This document shows, piece by piece, positions 1 to 15,000 of a stretch of DNA of 37,143 nt. A program made the translations under genes and the position numbers. The DNA lies in NCBI GenBank assembly GCA_031409335.1, contig JANNWY010000210.1, positions 1-37,143 of the forward strand. Reading direction: 5' to 3'. How positions within the stretch are numbered: position 1 is the first letter of the stretch; every line of letters starts with the position of its first letter. The DNA comes from Chthoniobacteraceae bacterium. GTDB lineage: Bacteria > Verrucomicrobiota > Verrucomicrobiia > Chthoniobacterales > Chthoniobacteraceae. Below the pieces are notes generated by a model. That model ran no database searches. It was not told where the DNA came from and was given only the letters and a program-made list of their open reading frames with translations.

Positions 1-1
1 G

Positions 2-3000
2 ATCAAAATCTCTGCCGAGGATTCGTCGAGTATTGCCGCGGGGGCCGGTGCCGCTTCGATTGGCGCGGCGTTGGGTGGCGCAGGGCTGTCGGTGTCCGTC
101 GGCGCAGCCGTCGCTTACAACGAGGTCAACAACGACATCGCCGCCTACGTCCTTGACGCCAACACCGGTCTGATATCGACCACCGGCGACATCGACATCT
201 CGGCGCACACCCTCGGCAAACATCTCTTCAACCTGAACGTCGCGGGACTCGCCTTCACGGTTGCCGAACTGGACGACGCGGCAGCGGTCGATCTGGACAA
301 CTCCAATACGCCCGCGGACGAAGCACTAGCTGACCGGACGGGCGATGCGGCGACCGTCACGAAAATCCGCAATGTTTTTAGCGCGAACGGCGTGAGCCTT
401 TCGTCGAACACGAGCGTCATCGGCCAGACCGCGGGCGGCGAGTGGCTGGTCACCGACCGCGACAGCGGTCAGACCTATGTGCTCGTCCTTGATGGTGGTC
501 AGATCAAGGTCTCCGCGTCCACGATCAGCGCCACGACGGTGGCCGCGTCGGTGTCCGTGGCGATCGGCGCCCTTGGCGGCATCTCGCTGAGTGGGGCCGG
601 CGCGTCCGCACAGAACGTCGTTCTATCGAAGACCAATGCCTACGCCGAGCGCAGCGTGCTCGATAGCGCGGGTGAAGTCTCGGTCGATGCGCTTTCGAGT
701 TCGGGGATCACGTCCGTAGTGGTAGCGGCCTCAGCGTCGGTGGCGGCCGGCGGGCTTGGAGTGGGTGTGTCGATCGGCGCGGCGATTGCCGAGAACGTGA
801 TCGGCTACAACGGCGGCACGAAGCAACCGGCTCAGGTGCAGGCTTACTTGAAAGACTCCTCGGTGGACGCCGAGGGTGACATCGTGCTGACGGCGACGTC
901 GGCGCAGCACATCAACTCGGGCACCGGTGCGGGTTCTGCGGCGATCGTTGGCGGTGCCGTCGGCATCGCGGCGAGTGGTTCCGGCGCAAACGCGATGAAC
1001 CGCATCGCGACCGACGTGAAGGCCTTCATCAACGGCTCGGGTGCCAACGGCGTCATCGGCGACAGCATCGAACTGACCGCGCAAGATGAGTCCACGATCA
1101 AGGCCACGACAGCCTCCGTTTCCATCGCAGCCGCCGTTGGAATCGTCGGCACCTCGCTTTCGATCGGCGTGTCGCTTGCGGAGAACATCATCGATAACGA
1201 CGTCGAGGCGAAGATCGAGAACGCGACTTCCGTCGAATCGCGTGCTGGAGGAGAAATCGGCCTCACCGCGGACGAGAAATCGTCTATCAAAGCGGTCGCG
1301 GTCGCCGTATCGGTCGCCGTGGGCGGGGGCGGGCTCGGCGTTGGCCTGAGCGGCGCTGGTGCGCATGCGCAGAACGTGATCCTCGGCAAAACCGAGGCCT
1401 ACATTTCCAACTCGGTGGTGGACAGCGGCGGTGCGGTCGATCTCGATGCCTCGAACACTGCGGACATCGACGCGTCGATCGTCGCCGTGTCGGCCGCGGT
1501 GGGAGTCGGCGCGATCGGCGGTGCCGTGGCGATTGGCGTGTCGCTCGCGGAGAATCTGATCGGCTGGAATCAGAATGCCTCGATGCTGGGCAACTACACC
1601 ACGGCAGACAACCCGACGCTGGTGTTGCCCAACCAGACCGTGAAGATCACCGCCGGCGTCGAAGCCGGACGCGTTTACCGATACATCGGCAGCTCGCCTT
1701 ACGTGAAGGGTGACAGCAATACGGGTAACGGCGGCGACGGTTATCTCGCCCGCGCGGATTTCGCGGACACGACCAAGTGGCGCCGCGTCGATCTCCAGGC
1801 GAGCGGCGGCGAAGTCCGTGCCTACACCTTGAGCTCGGTCATCGACGCGACCGGCGCCCTGACACTGGACGCGATCTCGAATCAGACGATCGACGCGAAT
1901 GTGACCAGCGTAGCCGTGGCCCTCGCTGGCGGCCTCGTGGGCGGCACGGCTGCGGGCGCGGGCTCGCGCTCCGAGAACCGCATCGCGATGACCGTCGAGG
2001 CGACCATCGACGGCGACGGCGCGAACGGCATCGAGGCTTCGAGCATCCGGTTGAACGCGGACGACACTTCGCGGATCACTGCGGACACGGCGTCTGCATC
2101 GGTGGCGCTGACGCTCGCGCCCGTCGGTATCGCCGTCGCGATCGCTGCGTCCAACGCGATAAACGACATCGGGAACACCGTCCGAGCCGAGATCATCCAC
2201 GCCGACACGCTCGTGAAAGCGCGCAGCGGTGCGGTCGAACTCATTGCCGACGAATCCGCGACGATCAATGCTTTTGCGGTTGCCTCATCGACCGCCCTTT
2301 CGACGCTCGGCAGCGCGAGCGGCGGCGGTGCCGGAGCGGTGAATACGATCTCCAGCACGATCGAAGCGAAGATCGCCGACGACAGCGTCGTCACGGGGTT
2401 CGGTAACGTCAGAGTGTCGGCGACCGATTCATCGACCATCACCGCGAATCTTCCTGTCGTCTCAATCTCGGGTGGCCTCATCGCACTGGCCGGCGCGGTT
2501 TCCTACACACGCAATCTCATCGACACCACGATCGACGCCCACATCACGGACGCGACCGCGATATCGACAGGTGGGAGTGTGCTGGTCCAGGCGGACTCGA
2601 CGGCCACCGTGTCGGCATCGACGCTTTCCGTGGCAGTCGCTGCGGGTATCGGCGCCGCCATTTCGGTATCCGAAGCGCGCGTGGAAATCGGCGGCCATAC
2701 CCAGGCATTCCTCGGCGCGGGTGCGGACGTGAACGCCCTGTTGGGCGACGTCCGCGTCACCTCGACTTCGGTGGCTTCCGCGAAGGCGGACATGCGCTCC
2801 GGCTCCGGCTCCATCGGGGTTTCGGTGGATTCGCTCAGCGGCGACGCGATCATCACTCAGGCGACGCGCGCCTTCGTCGGCGACGCAACCGTCGATGCCC
2901 AGAACGTGGTGGTGCAGACGAGCACGGCCACGCCGAGCAAAAAGGCGACGCGTACCGCCGAGGCATGGATGACCGTTGGCACCGTCGGCTTGGTCGGAAC

Positions 3001-6000
3001 GGCGGTCGCCAAGGCCAACGCGCAGATCACGGGTGCCACCGAAGCGTACATCGGCAGCGGTGCGGACATCAACGCGACCGGCGGCGTCACCGTCGCTGCC
3101 GATTCGGTGGCGCGTGCGACGGCGGATGCGCGTGGCGGCGCGGGCGGTGGAGTGGCGATCGCCGTATTCGGTGGGGAGACCTCGGTGACGGGTGCCACGC
3201 GCGCCTTTGTTGGCGAAAGCGCCGCTATCACGGCGGACACACTCACGGTCTCGGCCGAGGGCGACGCCGACGCACTCACCACGATGCTCACCGTCGGGAT
3301 CGGTCTGGTGGGTGTCGGCGTGGCCGACGGCACGGCCATCACGAACGCGCCGGTCACGGCATTCGTCGGCCCTGAGTTTACGGCGACACCGGGTGCGGCG
3401 CGTACCACGATTGACGCGACCGGAACGGTCTCGATTACCGCGACGTCTTCGCAGTTTGCCAAAGCCAGTTCCGAGGGCGGCGCGGGTGGGCTGGTCGGCG
3501 GCGCGGGGATGTATGCCAAGGCCCGTGCTCAGGGCGACACGAAGGCATTTCTAGGCAACAACGTGCTGGTCGAGAAGGCGGGAGAACTCGAAGTCAAGGC
3601 GGAGAGCAAGGGCGCCGCGGCGAACGCCCGTACGCTTGCGGGCACTGGCGGGTTTATCTCGGTTGGAGTTACGGGTTCGGTCTCCGAGAGCACGCCGTCC
3701 GTGGATGCTTATATCGGTGCCGACGCCGATATCACGACCATCAAAAAAGTCGGGGCGACTGGCAACGTGAGCGTCACGTCCCTCGGCCGCGGTGAGTCCG
3801 ACGCGAACGCCGAGGCGTGGGGCGGCGGCGTCGTGCAGGTGGGAGCCGCGCGTGCCGAATCTACAGTCAGTCCGATCGCGACCGCGACCGTTGGCGTCCG
3901 CTCGGAGATCACTGCCGGTGGCAATGTCACGGTTCGCGGCGAACTGACCACGACGCCGAGTGCTCAGCCGCCCTCGGATCTGATCCAAAGCGTGAACGCT
4001 GGTAACGACACGCTCCGGTTCGACTTCCCGCTCACGACCGGTGATGTAGTGCAATACACGGGGCCGAACGCCGGCCTGAAGACCGGGCGCGAATACTACG
4101 CGCTGGTCGATGCGACCACCCCGAACACCATCCGCCTCGGCAGCCAGTTCGACCCGACGAAGGTGGACGCAGTGCGCGACGAGATCGTGTTTGACCGGCC
4201 GCACAACTTGGTGGACGGCGACCGCATCCGCTACAACGCGGACGGCAGCCTTTCCGTCCTCGCCTCGTGGCAGAGCGTCCCGGCGAATCAGCTCTTCGTC
4301 GTACGCAGCGTTTATCTCGACGCGGCGAAAACGCAGGTCGATCCAGTCCGCATCAAGTTGCAGCGGGACGGCGAAGTTCAAGGGCCAGCCGTGTCCATCG
4401 ACGGTTCGATCAATTCCGCGACAAACGTGATCACGGGCGGTGCGTCGCTCTCCGATGGCCAGGTGGTGACTTACCGTGCGGGCAAAGCCGCCTCGTTCTT
4501 CACCGAATCCGTCGATGTCAACGTGATCGACCGGACCTACACCGACGCCAACGGCAACTCGCAAACCGGCAAGGACATCGATCGCAACCTCGATGCGAAC
4601 GGCCAGCCGACGAGTGGTAAACATTTCGCGGGACAGCAGAACATCTTCATGGCCAATCACGGGTTCGGCACCGGCGACGCGGTGACCTACCGCCAGCTCG
4701 GCACCGGCTCGACCATCGGCCTGGAAGGCGGCGGCTCGCTCGTGGATGGGCAGACGTATTTCGTCATCGCGGTCGATGCGAACCAGATCAAGCTCGCGAA
4801 TTCCTACTACGAGGCGGTTGGGCGCGTCTTCGACGCTCGCGGCAGCGGCGCAGACGACGACATCCTCGCCATCGCGCAGACCCCGCTCGCGCTCGCGCCG
4901 TCGCTCGACACCGACGACCCCGACGATCCCACCGACATCAACGAGCAGGCGACGCAGCACAGCCTCTCGCGCAATGTGGGTGGGCTGAATGACGGGCAGT
5001 CTTACTACGTGGTGAAGAACGCGTCGTTGCCGGCTGGCACCTTCGGCCTCTCGGCCACGCGCGGCGGCGGGCTGGTCGATCTGGAGAGCGCCACCAAAGT
5101 CGATGTCTTCCAGCGGAATGGCGCATTCGTCGAGACGCGCACGTTCAACAACCGCACCGGCCCGCACACCGTGGGCACCGAGGGGCTCGATCTCGTCGCG
5201 GGCACGAAGACTCCGGCCGATCCGAGCGACACGCTTTATATCGATCTCACCGGTGCGGAATCGGGTCGCCTGCTCGGGCCGGGCGGCGCGACGCTCGACT
5301 CCGTGTCGCCGCCTCCCGGCGACGGCAAATCGGGCGCGACCGGCAAGGGCGGTGGTGGCGGCGGCTTCGAGTTCACCTTCCCGAGCGGGCAGATGACGTC
5401 CAACGCCACCGCGACCGGCTCGGTAGGTTCACAGAGCCACATCATTGCGGGCGGCAGCGTGACGATCCAGAGCATCGGCGCGAGCTATGCCTCGTCGTAC
5501 GGCGACACGGCGGGCGGCGGTTTCCTGTCAGTGGGCGAGGCGCACGCGGACACTCTGGCTGGCAATTCCACCGCGCTGACGACGTCCGCGAGCGTGGGCA
5601 ACAACGCGATCATCGTCGCGGGCGACGACTTCACGCTGAGCGCGGATTCCAATCATCAGGCCTTCGCGACGGCACGCTCGTCGGGCGGCGGCTTCGTCTC
5701 GGGCAAGATCGCGGAAACCACGACACGGCTGAACTATTCCACCACCTCCACGATTGGCACCAACGCCAACATCGTGGCGGGCGACGGCGCGCGCGTGCAT
5801 GCCACTTCGCAGACCACGGCGAAGACCGACTCCGACACCTACGTGCTCGCCGTCGGTGCCGGCGCCGATTCCGACAACACCAACGACGACCGCGGCGTCG
5901 ATCTCGATGCCCTGACGCAGACGCAGATTGGCGGCGGCTCGACGCTCTCCGCCGGGACGGTGGACATCGACGCGAAGGTCACTATGATCAACGCCGATGC

Positions 6001-9000
6001 CCACGCGAAGGCGAGAGCCTTCAGCCCGATCTTCTTCGGACTCGTCACGGCCTTCGCCAATGCGAGAGTGCAGGTGGACTCCACGGTCCAATCGCTCATC
6101 TTCGGCAACCTGGGCGGTCCCTCCACGGAAATCCGCGGCACCCGCGGCGTCGATGTGCAGGCGCGCCATCTGATCTTCGCTCCCGATGATTTCCTTGGCC
6201 GCGGCATCAATCGCGATGCGGACGCTCTCGCCGTCGCACTCATTCCGCCGCAGGGCGAGTATGCAGAAGGCGATACGAACCTGCATTCCAAGGTGGACGC
6301 CGACGCCGGGGTGGTCTTCCACGTCGCGCCGCGGCTCGGTGGCGAAGGCAACCTCGACTCGCGCGCTGGATTCGATCTCGCGCTGTTCGTGGAATCCGGA
6401 CTCTCCACCGATTCCGGGGTGAGCGCGAAAGACCGGCTGATCCAGTGGGACGCCGACGTCGTGATCTCGGCGGGCCCGAACCCCGAGTTGATCATCGACA
6501 AGGACGGCAACGTCGTCCGCGCGATCAACATCAACTACAGCATCGATCCGACGACCGGCGACATCACCGTGGCCGACATCTGGAACAATGACGACAGCGG
6601 CGACGTGGTGTTTGAGGCGAAAGCCAGCGACGCGAACGACGGGAAGATTACCCAGCAGAGCAACGCGGTCACCAACGGACACTTCTGGGGCACGTTCTTC
6701 TACCGCGACAGCTTTGAAGAGGTTCGCATTACCAACGAGTCGCGTGGCGACCTGATCCTCAACAACATCGACCTCGTCCACTCGAACGGCAGCCCGCGCG
6801 TCTATCTCGACACCCAGCCAGGCGGCGGCGAATCCGGCGGGCCGAACGCCACCGGCGGCGACACCGTCACCATGCAGTTCGACATCGTGCATCTCACGGC
6901 ACCTTCGTTGATCGACATCAAGAATCTCAACAAACACACCAACGCCGCGACCAACCCTTCCGACATCATCCTGAAGGGCACCGGCCTCGCCGCCTTCCCG
7001 GGCGCAGCCGGGATTGAGAATCCGATCGGCGAGACGCGTATCTTGACGACGCTCGGCGATATCAAGGCCTTCAGCACCGGTGTGGAGATCCGCACGCAGA
7101 CCCTCGGCGATCCAAACGCGCTGGTGCGGACGAAGGACTTCGAGCGCCTCGCGACCGCATTCTATCAGGGCGGCGTTGCCTTCGCGGCAGCGAGCGTCGC
7201 CGGGCCGGCCACGATGTCGCGCATCGACGGTGGCTCATGGACGGATCTCGTCGCGGTCGGCGGCCTCATCAAGGTCAACGGCGACGCGCAGAACGCGGGC
7301 GTTTACCAGGTCGCGGCCATTTCCGCGAACGGACAGACGCTGACGCTCAATACGCTGGCGGCTCTGGTCACCAAGACTGCGACCGTCACTGTCAGCCGGT
7401 TCCACGGCATCGAGGCGACCGCCGGCGATGTCGGGACCGACGCCCTTCCGATCCGCGTCGAGCTCGTGCAGAGCTCCGCAGGTGAGGAGACGCTCTACGC
7501 GAAAGCCGGCAGCGACATCTATCTCGATATCATGGGCCGGCTGCGGCAGACCCTGGTCGGCACCACGTTCACGGTGGATATCGGTGTGATCACCGCAGGC
7601 GCGGATGCCAATGTGAAGATGCGCGAGGCCGTGGTCGAAGACGGCAGCTATGCCGGGACTGGCATCTCTGTGCGAGTTCCGAGCGAGAATGGCTTCGCGA
7701 ACTACGTTGCGTTCAACAATTTCTTCCGGCCAAACGGCGGTCAACCGGCAGGCATCACCACGCCGGAGTTGTCTGGACGTGAGGTGGTGTCGGTGGTGAA
7801 CGCGCCGGAAATCGACAGCACGCTCGACTTCGGCCTGATCGAAGCGGGCAGCCACATCAGGATCGCGGCTCTCGATTCCACAGCGCCCGATGGCGACACG
7901 CATGTGATCAACGTGCTCGGAACGAGCAATATCAAATCAGGCGGGCAATTCGTTGATATCGTCACGAACGGTTTCATCGGCACAACGGCCAAGCCTTGGC
8001 GTGAACTGGTCGCGGTGGATCCCGCCGATGGCAATGACTTGCGCATCGGTAGCATTCGCTCGACTGCGGACGACGTGGTCTTGCTCGCACCGCGCGGCTT
8101 CGTCGATGCCGATGCGGCGGACAACGATGCGACTTCGGTTGCCGATGTCAGCGGCATCAACATCACCCTGACTGCACTTACTGGTGGCGTGGGCACGACG
8201 GCCAACTTCCTGGAAACTGATCTGGTCGATGTCGTCGGCGGCACCTTGCGCGCTGGCGTGAAGACGGGCGCGCTGACCGTTTCCTCCACTCTCGGTGCTT
8301 ATGTCGATGAGGTTGCCGGTGATCTCCGCGTCAACACCGTCGTCTCGCGCGAAGGAAACGTGACACTGTCCACGCGCTCTGGCTCGATCGTCGATGCGAA
8401 CGCCGAGACGCGCACCGACCGGGATGGGCGTGTGGTTGATCGGCCAAACATCGAGGCGATCAATGTCGATCTGCAGGCGATCGGCGGCGGCATCGGCATC
8501 CCTGATGATGACCTCGACATCGATACCGGTGTGGCGAATGGCGTGCGCACCGTGGGCCGGCTCTATGCCGAATCGGAGCAGAGCGTTTACATCACGGAAT
8601 CGCAGTTTGAATTGAACGTCCTCGCGGTGACTTCGACGTCCGGCGAGGTGCGTCTGACCGTGCCTGACACCAGCCTCACGCCGGTGATGCCACGCGGCGA
8701 GCCGACTCTCGCGACGCAGCTTGCGGAAGACCTGATCCTGCTGACGAACGGCTCGAAACTGGTCGATCAAAACGCGACCACGACTTTGAACCACGCGGAG
8801 ATCACCGCGGCGTTGGCGATCAATTTGTGGATCGGCGACAACTTCGTGACGCGCGCCAACAGCGTCGTGCGCGCCGGCACGACCCTGACCGTGCGCGGGG
8901 ACAATCGCCGCCAGCGGGTTGGCGGAGTTGATGTGCCGGAGGCGGCCAATGCCGACCCCGATTTCGGGACGAACATGGATCTGCGCGGCACCTTCGACGC

Positions 9001-12000
9001 CGGCAATAGCGACCGCGCGATCAAATTCCACGGCCACACGGACGTGGACCTCATCACCTTCAACGAAACCTTCCTGCAAGCTGATACCGCGGTTTACGGC
9101 AGTCAGAATGTGTCCGCATCCTTGGCGAACGACGGCGAAGACGAATTCCTCGTGAACCTGCTCCAGACCATGAACGTGGCGGGTGGCGAGACCCTCACGC
9201 TCGACGGCCAGGCGGACACGGACAAATACCGCGTTAACACCACCGGCAGTCACGGGGCCGAGCGCAATTACGTCATCAACGTCCTCGACACCGGCGCGAA
9301 GAACGACGGCATCGACGACCTTGGCATCTTCGGCGTCGAGAGCACTCTCAACGGCCCCGAAGATCCGAGCGACGACATCTTCCTGCTGCGCCGGGTGAAC
9401 AACATCCCGAATCCGCAATTGGGCGTGCCGGAGGCGGCGGATACGCCGGCCTTTGTCGCGCTGCTCCACGGCACGCTCGATCAGGCGCGGATCGCGAGTG
9501 CCAACTCTGCGGACCGCCCGCAAGGGGTGCAGCGGGTCAATTACGACGCCAACGTCAATGGCCGCCTCTCAGTCTTCGGCCTCGGCGGCAACGATGCGTT
9601 CATCAGCGATGACAACGCTGCGGTGACGACGCTCGACGGCGGCGCCGGCAACGACCAGTTCCAGATCGGCCAGATTTTCGGCACGCAGCGCAATGAGATC
9701 TTCGGCGGGGTGGCCGCGGGAGATGTTTTCGACACAATCGGCACGACGCGCGGCTATCTCAGCCGCGGCAACACCGCACCGATCGTTGCGCAGGGCGGCA
9801 CCGGCGATGACGCGTTCACGGTTTACAGCAATCAGGCCGAACTCCGGCTCGAAGGTGACTCAGGCAACGATCTCTTCGTCGTGCGTGCGTTCGCGCTCGC
9901 TGAGACGAATCCAGACGGCACCATCAAGGTTGGCGCGGATGGCGTTGCCATTCCGAAGTTGACCGGTGTTTCCACGGCCCAGCAGACGAATGTGCTGCCT
10001 GGTCAGGGCGACGATCAGATTCAGTACAACGTCAACGCTCCCGTTTCAATCGACGGCGGCACTGGCTTCGACAAGGTGCTCGTCCTCGGGACGGAGTTTG
10101 CGGACAACTTCGTCATTAGCGAAGACGGCGTTTTTGGCGCGGGGATCAATGTTCGTTACGACAACGTCGAAGTGATCGAGATCGATGGTCTCGAAGGCGA
10201 CGACGACTTCTTCGTCATCAGCACGCCGTTTGGAGTCGTCACGCGTCTCGTCGGCGGACTCGGCAGCGATACGTTTAACGTGATGGGCGATGTAACCGAC
10301 CAGATCGTCACGCGTGAACTCGAGGGCGGCAACGGGATCATCAATCATCAGGTGACGTCCACCACCGATGCAGGTTACGACGGGCTGCTCGCTCCCGGCA
10401 TCAACTTGAATGTGACGACGCCAAAGCAAGGCGTGATCGCAATCGAGGAGACGAACGGCAGCACCAACGTCCGCGAGGGCGCGCTCTCGAATGTCGATCC
10501 ATACACGGTGCGTCTGACGCAGCCGGTCGCGCCCGGAACGCGTGTTTATGTGACCGTGACTGCCTCGCGTTCCGGTCAGGAAGAAGCCGGTGCCGGCGGC
10601 GATACGATGCTCGTTTCCACCGATCCGGGCCTGTTCACGCGCGGGGTGCCGGTGAACGGCACAACGGAAACCGTGCGCAACCGCGCGATCGTGCTCACCT
10701 TCGACGAAACCAACTGGATGGTGCCGCAGACCGTTTATGTCCGCGCGGCGGAGGACAGCCTTGCGGAAGGGTCGCGCGTGGTGACCATGAATCACGCGGT
10801 TTCCGCGCAGATCATGACGCCCGCCGCGCCGGGAGACACCGCAGCGGTCGCGGCGCAGCAGACTACTTTTGCGACTTACAATCTGGTTGCGGTGCGCAAC
10901 GTCGAAGTGACGGTCCTCGACGATGACGCAGCCGGTCTCATTGTGACGGAGAGCGATGGCGGCACTCTGGTGCTCGAAGGGAATGCCGTCCAAGGCATCA
11001 CGGACACCTACAACGTCCAGCTCGCCAAAGCGCCCGCGGCCGGCACGACCGTGACGGTCAAGCTCGCGTTCGACGCTGCGCAGGTCACGCTCTCGCAGAG
11101 CACGATCGTCTTCGATTCGACGAACTGGAACACGCCGGTCGCCATCACCGTTTCCGCGACGGACGATGCGAAGCGCGAAGATCGCAAAGTTTCGGTCATC
11201 ACCCAAACCATCGACAAGACTGTGGCGGGTCGGGATACGAGCTTCGACAACGTCGTCTCCCAGCTTGATGTAGAAGTCCTCGACAACGACACGCCGGGCG
11301 TGCTCGTCCGCGAAAGCAATGGCGCGACGCTCGTCAGCAAGGATGGCACGACCATCACCGACACCTACACGGTGCGGCTCACCTCGGCTCCGGCTGGTGC
11401 GGTCACGATCGCCTTGGTCACTGGCGGCCAGGCGTCCGCAACCCCGACGCCGCTCACTTTTGATCCGTCCAATTGGTGGATCGATCAGACGGTGACGGTG
11501 GCAGGCAATCCGTCGTTCGTGCCGCAGCCCGGCACTGAGGACGTGAAGGAATTTGCGGCGCAACCGCACACGCTTTCTTCGCTGCGCGGTCCGTTGGAAA
11601 TCGAAGGCGGCGTGGTCGGACCACGGGCGCTGCTCCAGGCTGTGATTCTGCCGGGCGAACTCAACGGCCCGCTCCTGCAAATCGGCGTGCAACCGGACGA
11701 GAAGGGCCAGATCGATACGCTCAATGTTTTCGACGACTCGAGTCTGGAGGAAAAAGTCGGCACGCTTACCGGGACACATTTGGGCGGCCTCGAAATGGCT
11801 GGCGATCTCGTCTTCCCGAACGGCACCGCCTTTGGCGAGCCCACGACCTTTGCGGGCGGCATCACGTATGGCAGCGTGAACGCGAGCGGCGTTCCCTCGA
11901 GCCGGATCGAAGTGCTGAACATCATGCTCGGCTCAGGCAACGATCGCCTGAACATCACCTCGACGCTCTCGACGGATGCGGATCACGGCGGCGTGACCGT

Positions 12001-15000
12001 GGTGCATGGCGGCGGCAACTCGCTGGTCAACGGCGTGATCGGCGGCGACACCATCGTGGCCACCGGCGGCGGCGGAACGAATTCGTTGCTCGTGATCTAT
12101 GGCGATACGTCGCAGGACGCTAGCTGGTACAACGGCGTCCCGCAGGCGGCGGGCCGTGGTGACACGTTGCTGCTTGGCGCGAAGCCATTTGATCAAGTCG
12201 GCACGGCGGATGACTTCTTCCGCTTTCCGCGCGCGAATCCTTATGACTTTGCGGGCAACGACATCATCGACACGAGCGCGCTGTTTGTCGGAGTGCCGGA
12301 AGTGAATCTGCCGACCATCGGCGCGATCATTTACGGCGGCGCGGGCAACGACATCATCCGCGGTTCGCAAGCGGGCGACCAGATTGCGGGCGGTTCGGGC
12401 AACGATACGATCTTCGCCAACGGCGGACTCGATCACGTCTATGGCGACTCGGGCTTCAACGTCGATGTGATCGGCAACACGGTCGCTCTTGCGAATCGTG
12501 CGCTGTCGGTCGCCGAGCGTCTGCGGCTGGCTGGTCCGGTGCTCACGGTGCCGACTTCCAATGCCAGCACGGCCTTCAATGCAGACGGTCTGATCGCGGG
12601 TAATGATTTGATCTTCGGCGCGACGGGTGACGACGTGATCTTCGGCGATCACGGAATCATCACGCAGGTTGTCGAGACGGCGGCCCCGATCTTCCCGGCG
12701 ACGCTCAAGATTCGCACGACTCGCGAAATCACCGACATCCGCACCGCGCAGCCGGCCAATGGTGGCAATGACGAGATTCACGGCCAGGTGGGAATCGACC
12801 GCATCCTCGGCGGCAACGGCAACGATGACATCACCGGCGACAGCGACCGCGATGTCATCTTCGGCGATCACGGCTTCATCAATTACGTCCTCGGCGACGC
12901 GAACCTGGCGACGCTCGACATCGTGCAAAGCCTCGACCCAGCCTTCGGCGGCAATGACACGATCAGTGGCGGTGACGCGGAAGATTTGATTTTCGGCGGG
13001 CTCGGAAACGACGCCATCACCGCGGGTGCGGCGATCGACATCGTTTTCGGCGATCACGGCGTGATCGACTACGCGGTGGGCATCGCGAGTCTGAGCGTCG
13101 GCGACGGCAACTCATCCACGCTGGATCGCATTCAGACGCTCTTCCCGACGTTCGGTGGACTGGACGACATCCGCGGCGACGGCGCGGACGATTTGATCAT
13201 CGGCGGCACCGCGAGCGACAAGATTCAGGGCAACGCGGGCGACGATCTGATCTTCGGCGACCACGGCCTCATCGAGCGCCGCAGCTTCGGTAACATCCAG
13301 CCCAACCTGCTGCCGCTCGACGGCACGCTGCCGGCGAATGATCCATTCGTCTTCACGTCGCTCTTCACGCAGCTCGGGGATCTCGGCGACGCCGACCTCA
13401 TCTACGGCGACGACGAGATTGCCAGCGATCCGAACACCCCGAACGAGACGAACCGGGTGCTCGCGAGCGACGGCGAAGACATCATCCTCGGCCAGCAAGG
13501 CGCGGACGTGATTTATGGCGGAGGCAAGGACGACGACATCATCGGCGGGCACAACGTGGCGGAAGGTTACGACGCGAACCAATCGCTCGGGCGCACCGGT
13601 CCGCAGGGTGATCGGATTGATGGCGGCAGCGGCTTCGACGTGATCGCTGGCGACAACGCGAGCATCCTTCGCCGCAACGACGCGATCAGTGCGCGGATGC
13701 GCACGCTGACCGGGCCGACACTTTACGACGCCAACGGCAATGCTTTGGCCGACGCGACCTTCCGCGCAGACCCGCGCAAGGTCGTGGCCGGTGCGGAGAC
13801 GCGCGAGATCGTGATCCTCGATCACGCCGCGACGACCTCGGCGAACTTCTTTGGGGATGACTACATCGCGGGCGGCGGCAACGACGACGAGATCTTCGGC
13901 CAGCTCGGCAATGACATCATTCAGGGCGACGGTTCGATCGGTCCGGTCAATGCGCCGACGCAGTTCCGCGCCGGGCGATTCCCGGATGGCTCGCTCAATG
14001 TGGCGGTTTCGTTCGAGAGCCGCGCGACGGATGGCGACGATTACATCGAAGCCGGCGGCGGCAACGACGTGGTCTTCGGCAATCTCGGTCAGGACGACAT
14101 CGTCGGCGGCAGTTCGAGCTTCTTCGGGCTGAACACACCGGCACAACGCCCCGACGGCGACGACATTCTGTTTGGCGGTGCCGGAACGCGCATCGACCGC
14201 TACGAACTCGGGCAGGGCGGGAACTCCGTGCCGAACACGATCGCGGAGCACGCCTTCGATGCCGATGTAATTCTCGGCGACAACGGCAACATCCTCACGT
14301 TGGTCAATAATGCGGCACCCAATCCGAACCTCATCGTGGGCGGCAACCTCGCACTCATGGGAGGAACCTTGGACAGCCTCACGATCACCGCGGATGGAAC
14401 TCTCACGTTGAGTGCGGGCGGCGGCTTCCTGACCTTCAACTACGACCAGTCGTCCGACATCGGCTCCAATGCCACTGCCCCGCGCGACCCGCAAAACCGT
14501 GGCTCCGAGCGCGTGATCCCGCGCGTTTATCAACTCCTCGATTACACGCTCGGCAATGACAGCGTCGGCATCGGCGGCTCGGACTTGATCAAGGGCGAGG
14601 ACAGCGACGACATCATCCACGGCATGCGCGGTAACGACGTGCTCTACGGCGACGGATGGGACGATGACATCTACGGCGGCACCGGCTCAGACAAAATCTT
14701 CGGCGGTAGCGGCGAGGACGGCATCGTCGCGGACGACGGCGTCATCAAGACCAGCCGCAACGGCACGGCGGAGCCGCTGCACGGTGTCGTTGCGTCGTCG
14801 CAAACGCTCATCGAACTACCGAGTCCGTTCACCGGTGCGGTGGTGGACATTACCGGCCTCATCAAAAAGACCGTCGATCTCCTCGCATGGGAATCGGGCG
14901 GAACGGATGTCGTCTATGGCGGACTCGGCGACGACTTCCTCCACGGCGGTGCGGGCGACGATGCGATTTCCGGCGCGGAAGCGCTGCCGAATTTCTTCAA

